Sequence record: DRR378314_1571
Reading direction: 5' to 3' (one strand)
Length of the DNA stretch: 40,895 bases
The position numbers and the translations under genes are program-made. The notes below the pieces were generated by a model. That model made no database searches and was not told the DNA's origin. It saw nothing but the letters and a program-made list of their open reading frames with translations. Positions 8,972 through 16,994 of the stretch are shown one piece after another. Numbering within the stretch: position 1 is the first letter of the stretch; each line of letters starts with the position of its first letter.

Positions 8972-10089
8972 TGGACGATCTTCGCTGGGCCCTATTGGTT
9001 TTGTGGCTGATGGTCAGCTTTTCCCTGCAGGTACAGGCAGACACCAAAGGTTTTGAAGCCGACATTGGAGGCTATGTAGTGGCTGGTGTGGACCATTACG
9101 GCGCCTTCTATGATGAGGAGGGCGTTGACTCGACCACCAACACGGTTCTGCGGAAACTCAGGCTCGGACTCGAGTTGGCCTATGGCGAACACTGGTCCTT
9201 CGAGCTCGATGGTGACTACCAGTACGACGGCGATGAGCAAGTACTGGAATTCGATGACGTCTGGTTGCGATACGATGGTTTTGGCTGGGGTGGTGTCCAG
9301 GTGGGGCAGATGAAAGAGCCTTTCGGTTTTGAACGTACCAGTGGCTATTCCAGCCTGATGACCAACGAACGCTCCCTGGCGACCAGCGCCTTTGCGCCGG
9401 GGCGCTCCGAAGGCGTGATGGTCAACCGGGCCGGTAAAAAGGCCACCTGGGCACTGGGCGTGTTCCGGGAAGATGCCGATGCCAAGTCGCCCAGGGCGGT
9501 AACGGGCCGCGTGACCTTCGCCCCGCTTCGCTCTGAACACCAGACGGTCCACCTGGGGTTGGCCGGCTCCTGGCGAGACTTGCGCGGCGAACGGTTTCAG
9601 ATACGCGACCATGGGGAGGTCTACAGTGCCGACAATGTGATCCGAAGCCCGCGCTTCGATGCGGATGACCTGGCGTTGCTGGGTGGTGAGTTTGCCTGGA
9701 CTCGCGGTTCGGTCACCCTCATATCGGAAGCGATGACCCAGCGAGTCAGGCAGGTCGGGGGCGATGAGTGGCAATTCAGTGGCGGCTATGCCCAGCTGGG
9801 CTATCTGCTCACGGGCGAACACCGGGGGTATAGCCGGGGCGAGTTCGACCGCATTGATCCGCTCAGCCATCTGGGTGCCGTTGAACTGGTGGCACGCTGG
9901 AGTGGGGTGGATCTCCGGCAGCGGGATGTGGGCGCCGAAGCCTCCATAGCGATGCTGGGGATCAACTATTATTGGCGTAAATCGGTTCTGCTGAGGGTGA
10001 ATTACCTGATTCCGACCATCAGCGGCAACGCGTTGATGGCAAACCCCGATGGGGATGCGGTCACCGTGCGTGCCCAGCTCAGGTTCTGA
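8968..10089 (+). CDS. OprO/OprP-family (phosphate-selective) porin
   Basis: Signal peptide ending VQA; GQMKEPFGFE...ERSL motif; GGYAQLGYLLTGEHR; LGINYYW; terminal Phe; ATGA overlap with the DUF4956 gene. Confidence 0.82.
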   Translation: MMDDLRWALLVLWLMVSFSLQVQADTKGFEADIGGYVVAGVDHYGAFYDEEGVDSTTNTVLRKLRLGLELAYGEHWSFELDGDYQYDGDEQVLEFDDVWLRYDGFGWGGVQVGQMKEPFGFERTSGYSSLMTNERSLATSAFAPGRSEGVMVNRAGKKATWALGVFREDADAKSPRAVTGRVTFAPLRSEHQTVHLGLAGSWRDLRGERFQIRDHGEVYSADNVIRSPRFDADDLALLGGEFAWTRGSVTLISEAMTQRVRQVGGDEWQFSGGYAQLGYLLTGEHRGYSRGEFDRIDPLSHLGAVELVARWSGVDLRQRDVGAEASIAMLGINYYWRKSVLLRVNYLIPTISGNALMANPDGDAVTVRAQLRF

Positions 10090-11455
10090 CGCGATCGGCC
10101 TCCAGGGGCAGCTCCAGTGTCACCCGCGTCCATTGCCCCAGCGCACTGCTAATCGACAGTGTCCCACCGTGGTGGCGCAGGATGGTCTGGCAGATGCTAA
10201 GGCCCAGCCCGAGGTTTTCCGGTGTGTCACTGGTCGAATAGAAAGGATCCGTCAGGCGACGTATCTCCTCCTCGGGAATGCCGCAGCCGTTATCGGCCAG
10301 TGTGATATCAAGGGTCCGGGCATCGCGAGTCGTCGACACATGAATGATGGCGGGCTGACGATCCAGTTGGCTCTGAAGCGCCGAGGCAGCATTGAGAAAA
10401 AGATTCACGAACACCTGAGTCAGCGCCGAAGGGTAGCAAGGTACTGTTAGGGTTTCCGGTACGTCGATCTCCAGGTCAATGCCGCGCAGTTTGTGTTTGG
10501 TGAAGCGCGTGGCGGCATTGATAAGCCCCGTGAGGTTTGCCAGTTCTTTGGCGTGCTCCGGATGAGGGACAGAGAAATCGATAAGGTCCGAGACGATGTC
10601 GGCAATGCGTTTCTGATGCGCCGCGGCATCGTCGATCGCTTCGCCCAGTTCGGGGTCTTCGTTGATATCCTTTGCGTACTGCAGCGCCTGCACGGAGCAG
10701 TTGACCGGATTCATGATTTCATGGAGCAGGCCCTTGGCCATGTGACTGAGGGCCTGATGCTTTTGTTGCTGGATCAGGTTTTCCTCAGTCACCTGAAGCG
10801 TTCGCAGAGTGCGGCTCAACATCCGGTTTCTGTCGCGCAACAGGAACTGCAGCGCCAGGATGTTTCGCACGAAGCGACGAAAAAAAACGGCTAACAACGG
10901 TGAAATGACCAGGCACATCAGAACCAGCCAGTTCAACAACACTTCCTGTAGCTTGGTTGCCACATCCGCTGCGGGTACCGCGGCCCAGGTAGCGGCGTAG
11001 AGAAACGCCAGATTGATGGCGATCATGATCAGGGTATGCCGTGGCGACAGCGTCACGATGCCGAGGAAGCTGATGAAGAAGTAGAGCCCGATCGTCGGCG
11101 TTAGATCGCCTCCGGTTTTGATAAAGGCAAGATAGCTGAACAGCGCCATGTTCAGCAAAACCAGATACATGATCAGTGGCGTGCGAAAACGCACTGCCTT
11201 GAATCGGTGGGCCACAATGAAACAGGAGAGAATCGCGGTGTAGACAAACAGTCCGCCCGGAACGTTGGCAGGGCCAAGCTGTGCGGCCAGCGTCATCATG
11301 TGCGCAAGGGTTCCGATCAGTGTGATCAGCAGCGAGACGTCCGCAAAAACCGGCAGGAACCGGAAACGGGCTTGGGCGTTGTAGAAACGCTCGAACTGTC
11401 GTTGCTTGCGCGGTGTAAGCTGCTGAACCTGTTGCAGCCCGTCGAGTATCTTCAT
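10079..11455 (-). CDS. Membrane-bound sensor histidine kinase
   Basis: Multi-TM N-terminus; H-box LLHEIMNPV, N-box QVFVNLFLNA, DNGCGI, PFYST, LGLGLSI. Confidence 0.92.
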   Translation of the reverse strand: MKILDGLQQVQQLTPRKQRQFERFYNAQARFRFLPVFADVSLLITLIGTLAHMMTLAAQLGPANVPGGLFVYTAILSCFIVAHRFKAVRFRTPLIMYLVLLNMALFSYLAFIKTGGDLTPTIGLYFFISFLGIVTLSPRHTLIMIAINLAFLYAATWAAVPAADVATKLQEVLLNWLVLMCLVISPLLAVFFRRFVRNILALQFLLRDRNRMLSRTLRTLQVTEENLIQQQKHQALSHMAKGLLHEIMNPVNCSVQALQYAKDINEDPELGEAIDDAAAHQKRIADIVSDLIDFSVPHPEHAKELANLTGLINAATRFTKHKLRGIDLEIDVPETLTVPCYPSALTQVFVNLFLNAASALQSQLDRQPAIIHVSTTRDARTLDITLADNGCGIPEEEIRRLTDPFYSTSDTPENLGLGLSICQTILRHHGGTLSISSALGQWTRVTLELPLEADRVRT

Positions 11456-12099
11456 GAGTCGAGATTGTTCCTGAAGCGTTTCATGAACAGCATCAGATCC
11501 GGTTGCCGTTCAAAGCCCATCTTGATGAATATGCGGTCCTTGTAGGAGTGCACCGTTTTATAGGAAACCCCAAGCTGATCGGCAATGGTCTTGAACGTAA
11601 CCCGATCTGCCATCAGTTTTGCGACTTCACGCTCCCGGGCAGACAGTGCGTGAAACGCCTCCAGGTCTGGAGGTGTCGCGGTAGCGGGAGTCTGGCACGA
11701 GTCCGCGTCTACATACACCTGCCCGTTGCGAATGTAGTGCAGGGATCGAATCAGTTCCTGGACGGGTTGGGTCTTGGCCACCACCGTTTTAATGCCTGAC
11801 TCCAGATAGATCGCCAGGCGCGCTGGCGAGACTGGCCGCTCCACGAGCAGTAGCACGGACAGTGCGGGGTGGTTGGAAAGGGCCACTTCCGCGATGGTCA
11901 GGCCATCGTTGTCCTGCAGGGCTTCTTCAATAATCAGCACGGAGGGCCTGGCGGTCGGAAGATGCTCCAGGGTATCGACACCGGTCGCGGATTCGCCCAC
12001 CAGATCAATGTTCTCCTCAAGGAGCAACTGATAGAGGATGGCGTCGCGGTAGAGGCGCTTGTCGATGGTGACGTACAGCCGGATATCGTCCTTTGTCAC
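11452..12099 (-). CDS. LuxR/NarL-family transcriptional regulator with an atypical receiver domain
   Basis: C-terminal HTH LSAREREVAKLMADRVTFKTIADQLGVSYKTVHSYKDRIFIKMG; receiver has VLIIEE where the acceptor Asp normally lies. Confidence 0.88.
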   Translation of the reverse strand: MTKDDIRLYVTIDKRLYRDAILYQLLLEENIDLVGESATGVDTLEHLPTARPSVLIIEEALQDNDGLTIAEVALSNHPALSVLLLVERPVSPARLAIYLESGIKTVVAKTQPVQELIRSLHYIRNGQVYVDADSCQTPATATPPDLEAFHALSAREREVAKLMADRVTFKTIADQLGVSYKTVHSYKDRIFIKMGFERQPDLMLFMKRFRNNLDS

Positions 12100-13529
12100 G
12101 GCTTCCGGCTCCCGCCCGAGGGGGCGCGCAGAGGCAATGACAGCTCAAGGGTGAAGCGTTGTTGGCCTCCCTGAAGGAGAACTTGGCCGCCCTGTTGTCG
12201 GGCCATGATATAGAGGGCAAGCAAGGCGCCCTGTTGCTTCAATAGCTGGCTGGACACACGGGCCATTGGCGAAAGGACATGACTGTAAAGGTGGAGGTTC
12301 TTGCCGGGTTCCAGCCGAAGGGTCGTGACGTCCTCATCCTGCTCGCTTATGAGGTGGTCACGGCTCATTCCGGACGCGCTCAACAGCACATCCAGCGCGG
12401 ACTGAATGGCGTCGGGCAGGGGGCCGTTGTTGGCTTCGGCGTCGGCTAACGGTATCTCCAGATAGTGGATCAGTTCGGCGCGTAGCCCACGGGCCAGGGC
12501 GGTATCCAGGACCTCAGGGCTCTGGTCACGAAAGTGGGAGGCGCCGGGTGGCAAGGTGTCGATGGCGTCCATATCCCTCAGAAAATCCTGTATCACGTCC
12601 GGTGACGCCATAGGGCCTGATGGCGATTCGGTCAGAGCCCTGAGGAGAGCGGCCTTTCGCTGTTCGCGAATGCCCTCGAAACGCTCAGCAAGTGCGACTT
12701 GTGACTGCTCCGATTTCCGGCGCGATGCGTGGTGCTGCGCAATAGCGTCTTCCAGCACCGGGAGCAGGGATGCGGCATGCCACGGCTTTTTCTGATAGCG
12801 GAAGATGCGCCCCTCGTTAACTGCGCCCAGGGCAACGTCCAGCTCCCCGTAGGCCGACGTGAGGATGCGAGTAATATGGGGATAGGACTGGCGCATCTCG
12901 TTGATCAACTGCAGTCCTTTCATGCCCGGCATGCGCTGGTCGGTCATCAGGACGGCGATCCGGTGACCCTCCTGATGCAGGGTCTCCAGAGCTTGTTGGG
13001 CGTCGGCGGCGCAGCGGATGTCGAAGCGGTCCTGCATTCGCATCAGTTGTTTGCTGAGGTACTTGGTCGCGGACTGTTCGTCGTCAACAATCAGTACCAA
13101 CGGCTTGGGATGTTCGCTCTCGACAGGGGCGGGCCTGGCGTTATCCTTCACCGACATGGTGGCTGCAAACAGGTCGGTGCGGACGAGATTCAGATCCCAG
13201 GGCTTGGCGTAGCAGCGGTCGACGACCCTGTTCTCCAGCAAGTGGATGATCTGGTCGAGGGAAATCTGGCTGCCAATGACGATTCGGAAACAGCAGCCAG
13301 CTTCGCTGACCTGCTGCAGTAGAGAAGACGCCAACAGATGCTCGGAGTCCGTGGTGATGAATACCAGGGCGTCAGGCAGGGATCGGCCCGATGCAAGGGC
13401 AGCCAGGGCTTCTTCGTCCGAGGGGTAGCTGTCGATTGAAAAGGCCCCGGCGAAATCCTGAACAAAAGCATCCCGATCGTCTTCCCGGTCGTACCGGAGA
13501 AGTACCCTATGTGGTTGATCAACCGACAT
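12096..13529 (-). CDS. Response regulator with two receiver domains (first one degenerate) and a degenerate HATPase-like C-terminus
   Basis: Second REC is canonical (VLIVDDE, LMTDQRMPG, LTSAY, KKPW); first REC keeps only KPW; C-terminal QQGGQVLL...FTLELSLP; ATG 13529 chosen with AAGGA upstream. Confidence 0.8.
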   Translation of the reverse strand: MSVDQPHRVLLRYDREDDRDAFVQDFAGAFSIDSYPSDEEALAALASGRSLPDALVFITTDSEHLLASSLLQQVSEAGCCFRIVIGSQISLDQIIHLLENRVVDRCYAKPWDLNLVRTDLFAATMSVKDNARPAPVESEHPKPLVLIVDDEQSATKYLSKQLMRMQDRFDIRCAADAQQALETLHQEGHRIAVLMTDQRMPGMKGLQLINEMRQSYPHITRILTSAYGELDVALGAVNEGRIFRYQKKPWHAASLLPVLEDAIAQHHASRRKSEQSQVALAERFEGIREQRKAALLRALTESPSGPMASPDVIQDFLRDMDAIDTLPPGASHFRDQSPEVLDTALARGLRAELIHYLEIPLADAEANNGPLPDAIQSALDVLLSASGMSRDHLISEQDEDVTTLRLEPGKNLHLYSHVLSPMARVSSQLLKQQGALLALYIMARQQGGQVLLQGGQQRFTLELSLPLRAPSGGSRKP

Positions 13530-13591
13530 GTAAGCTGGATCCTTGGCGAGAGGTTGGCCGGTGAATAATACCAATCGGGTATCGACCCGAA

Positions 13592-13608
13592 TGTAAGAAC
13601 ATCTTACG
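13592..13608. promoter_or_regulatory. Second TGTAAGA-N3-TCTTAC palindrome, upstream of the regulatory operon
   Basis: TGTAAGA-ACA-TCTTACG, matching 5743-5759. Confidence 0.6.
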
Positions 13609-13729
13609 CTGTTTGGGTGTCGAAAATCCCGGCACAGATCTCACGATGAGGAACCGGATGAGAAGCCACCCGGGTTGGGTTAAACTCCGGGTAAGACATA
13701 ATAACAACGACAAAACGGCGAGACCTCAG

Positions 13730-14893
13730 ATGAACTACGACATTTCCGCCCTGCGCAAGTTTGTGTCCCCTGAAATCGTCTTTGGCGCCGGCTCGCGCAA
13801 GGCAGTCGCCAATTTCGCCAGTAATTTTGGTGCCCGACACGTGTTCCTGGTGTCCGACCCTGGCGTGGAGAAAGCCGGCTGGGTTGCGGAAATCATGGAT
13901 ATCCTGGTGACAGCGGGTCTTCGTGTCACGGTTTTTACCGGTGTCTCCGCCAATCCGAAAGTGGACGAGGTCATGGCCGGTGCCGAGTTGTACAAATCCA
14001 GCCAGTGTGACGTGATTGTCGCCATCGGTGGCGGCAGCCCCATGGACTGCGCCAAGGGTATTGGCATCGTCAGCGCCCATGGCCGGAACATCCTTGAGTT
14101 TGAGGGTGTGGACACCATTACCTCGCCGTCGCCCCCGATGATCCTGATTCCCACCACGGCAGGGACATCCGCCGATGTCTCCCAGTTTGCGATCATTTCC
14201 GACCCCAACCGGCGTTTCAAGTTCTCCATTATCAGCAAGGCGGTGGTGCCGGATGTGTCGTTGATCGATCCGGAAGTGACGGAATCCATGGGCGCCTACC
14301 TGACCGCCTGTACCGGGGTGGATGCCATGGTGCATGCTATTGAAGCGTACGTCTCCACCGGCAGTGGGCCGTTGACGGACACCAATGCCCTGGAAGCCAT
14401 TCGGCTGATCAATCGTCACCTGGAGCCGCTGGTTCAGAATACCGCCAATGTGCATTTGCGGGAGCAGATCATGCTGGCCTCCATGCAGGCCGGCCTGGCG
14501 TTTTCCAATGCCATCCTGGGGGCGGTGCATGCCATGTCCCATAGCCTGGGTGGCTACCTTGATTTGCCCCACGGCCTTTGTAACGCTCTCCTGCTGGAGC
14601 ATGTGGTGGCCTACAACTACGCCTCGGCAGAGGATCGATTCCGGCGCGTGGCTGAGGCCATGGACATCGACACCCGCGGTATGTCGAAACCGGTGATCAA
14701 ACAGCGCTTGATGGAGAGAATCATCACCTTGAAACAGGCAGTGGGGTTGGACGCAAAACTGGCCAAGCTGGGCGTGACCACCTCCGACATACCCTACCTG
14801 TCGGGGTTCGCGCTGCAGGACCCCTGCATCCTGACCAATCCCCGAAAGTCCTCCCGCCGTGATGTCGAAGTGGTTTATGAAGAAGCCCTCTGA
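13730..14893 (+). CDS. ercA: Iron-containing alcohol dehydrogenase-like regulatory protein (ErcA-like)
   Basis: LRKFVSPEIVFGAG start, GGGSPMD, PTTAGT, HAIEAY, HAMSH...HG metal ligands; paired with a PAS hybrid kinase near pqq genes. Confidence 0.85.
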   Translation: MNYDISALRKFVSPEIVFGAGSRKAVANFASNFGARHVFLVSDPGVEKAGWVAEIMDILVTAGLRVTVFTGVSANPKVDEVMAGAELYKSSQCDVIVAIGGGSPMDCAKGIGIVSAHGRNILEFEGVDTITSPSPPMILIPTTAGTSADVSQFAIISDPNRRFKFSIISKAVVPDVSLIDPEVTESMGAYLTACTGVDAMVHAIEAYVSTGSGPLTDTNALEAIRLINRHLEPLVQNTANVHLREQIMLASMQAGLAFSNAILGAVHAMSHSLGGYLDLPHGLCNALLLEHVVAYNYASAEDRFRRVAEAMDIDTRGMSKPVIKQRLMERIITLKQAVGLDAKLAKLGVTTSDIPYLSGFALQDPCILTNPRKSSRRDVEVVYEEAL

Positions 14894-16628
14894 CCCCAAC
14901 GATGCCGACTACGATATCAGTGATCTGCTTGGCCTTGGCAGCCAGTCCGTAAGAAAGAACTATTACCCGGCACTGCAGGCGCGGATCGATGAACTCGAGA
15001 AGGAGCGCAACCGATACAAGTGGTTGTTTGAAAACGCCCTTCACGGCATTTTTCAGGCCAACCTGAGAGGCGGCTTTGTGGCCGCCAATCCCGCCATGGC
15101 CAAGATCTGCGGGTATGAGAGCGCGGAGGCCCTGATTACGGGGGTTATCCGTCTGCGCGAGCAGCTGTTCTGCAGCTCCGGAGAGTTTGATGCCATTCGC
15201 CAGGAATTACTCGATAACGGCAGCCTCAGCGCAAGGGAGACGAGGCTCAGACGATCGGATAACACGCCGGTGCAGGTGGCTATTACGCTCTTGCGGCGGC
15301 CTGATTTGGGGCCAGAGGTGGTGGAAGCGTTTGTGGCGGACATTACCGAGCGCTACCAGGCACGGGAAAAACTGCGGCAGCTCAATGCGGACCTGGAGCG
15401 CCGCGTGGAAGAACGCACCGACGAACTGCAGAATGCCAACGTGGTTCTGCGCTACCAGATTGAGCAGCGGAAAAAGGTGGAGCGGGAACTGGTCGTTGCC
15501 GTGGACGCGGCGCGGGAAGCTAACGAGAGTAAAGACAAGTACCTGGCGGCGGCCAGCCACGACCTGTTGCAACCGCTGAACGCAGCCAGATTGCTGGTTT
15601 CTGCCCTGATCGACAGCCCATTGCCAACGGACGAGAGCCACCTTGTTCAGCGTGTGCAGAGATCCCTGGAGAGTGCTGAAGACCTGCTGGCGGATTTGCT
15701 CGATATCTCCAAACTCGACCAGAAAGCGATACAGCCGGACAGCGTCGATACCGACATTGGCGAACTGATGCGGGGGCTGGCGCAGGAATTCGAACCGGTG
15801 GCAGAGAACGCAGAGCTGCATTTTCGGGTGCGTTTGGGGGCAGGTTACGTGCGCTCTGACCCGCGAATGCTGACCCGGATACTCCGCAACCTGCTCAGCA
15901 ACGCGTTTCGCTATACCCGTGAGGGTGGTGTGCTGTTCGCGGCCCGCAAGCGGGGCCCAAACCTAGAGGTGGGGGTGTGGGACACCGGTGTGGGCATCGA
16001 GCAGGAAAAGCTCGAGGACATCTTCCGGGAGTTTCACCAGATCCTGCCCAAGGGTGGCGGTCGCCAGGGGGTGGGCCTGGGGCTGGCAATTGTTGAACGC
16101 ATGGCAAGGATACTGGCGTGTGATATCCGCGTGGATTCACATCACGGCAAAGGCTCCTGTTTCAGTATTCTCATTCCCCTGGCCCAGTACACCGGCGTGC
16201 CTGCCAGCAGCCGGAAAGCGGAACCTTCACCCGTTGCACCCACGTCTTTCGATGGGCTTCGTATTCTGGTGATCGACAATGAGGAGCCGGTACAGGAAAG
16301 CATGCGGGCCCTGCTGGAGCGTTGGGGATGCGTGGTCGCCACGGCAAGCAGTGCGGTTGAGGCCGTGGCGTATTGCGGCGGTACCGATATCATCCTTGCG
16401 GATTTCCACCTGGATGAGAACCTGACGGGCTGTCAGGCCGTGTATACCGTACGTCGACACTTCGGGCATGATATCCCGGCGGCGATCATTACCGCGGACC
16501 GCAGCGATGAAACGCGAAGGCTTATCAATGCGCAGTCCCTGCCAATTCTCAACAAGCCCGTGAAACCCAACCGCCTTCGGGCACTTGTCTCCAGTCTTGC
16601 CGCTTCCCTGAACTCAGGATCGCAATGA
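14877..16628 (+). CDS. ercS: Cytoplasmic PAS-domain hybrid sensor kinase (ErcS-like)
   Basis: LLGLGSQSVRKNYYP N-terminus, PAS (ending DITER), SHDLLQPL H-box, NLLSNA, DTGVGI, GVGLGL, C-terminal REC (IDNE, ADFHL, NKP); start uncertain (14859, 14862 or 14877). Confidence 0.85.
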   Translation: MKKPSDPNDADYDISDLLGLGSQSVRKNYYPALQARIDELEKERNRYKWLFENALHGIFQANLRGGFVAANPAMAKICGYESAEALITGVIRLREQLFCSSGEFDAIRQELLDNGSLSARETRLRRSDNTPVQVAITLLRRPDLGPEVVEAFVADITERYQAREKLRQLNADLERRVEERTDELQNANVVLRYQIEQRKKVERELVVAVDAAREANESKDKYLAAASHDLLQPLNAARLLVSALIDSPLPTDESHLVQRVQRSLESAEDLLADLLDISKLDQKAIQPDSVDTDIGELMRGLAQEFEPVAENAELHFRVRLGAGYVRSDPRMLTRILRNLLSNAFRYTREGGVLFAARKRGPNLEVGVWDTGVGIEQEKLEDIFREFHQILPKGGGRQGVGLGLAIVERMARILACDIRVDSHHGKGSCFSILIPLAQYTGVPASSRKAEPSPVAPTSFDGLRILVIDNEEPVQESMRALLERWGCVVATASSAVEAVAYCGGTDIILADFHLDENLTGCQAVYTVRRHFGHDIPAAIITADRSDETRRLINAQSLPILNKPVKPNRLRALVSSLAASLNSGSQ

Positions 16629-16677
16629 CGGTCTACACTTTATTCTGCCAATCATCGTTTTGTCAGGAGAGTGTGCC

Positions 16678-16962
16678 ATGTCCGTTCCCGAAAACGCCCT
16701 TACCAATCACGAAGTGACTGTTTGCCTGTCTGGTGGTGCCATTCTTGGCCCCTTCAATGCCACCTGGTCGAGGGACGAGGGTGGCGACGTGCGCGAGCTG
16801 GTGCGGGAGTATGACGGCTTCCTTCAGGGGGAAAAACAGCACCGTTTCAAGTTCCACCTGCACGATACCTATACCAACACGGTTCATACCCTGATCCTGA
16901 ATTTTGATCAGGTTACCGGCATTTGCGACCATGTGAGGCTGAAGTCCTCGCCTAACGGGTAA
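16678..16962 (+). CDS. Hypothetical protein (94 aa)
   Basis: AGGAG RBS before ATG 16678; fills the gap between ercS and fumC. Confidence 0.7.
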   Translation: MSVPENALTNHEVTVCLSGGAILGPFNATWSRDEGGDVRELVREYDGFLQGEKQHRFKFHLHDTYTNTVHTLILNFDQVTGICDHVRLKSSPNG

Positions 16963-16994
16963 AGACCACGTAATGGTGAACAGAGGAGGAAACC

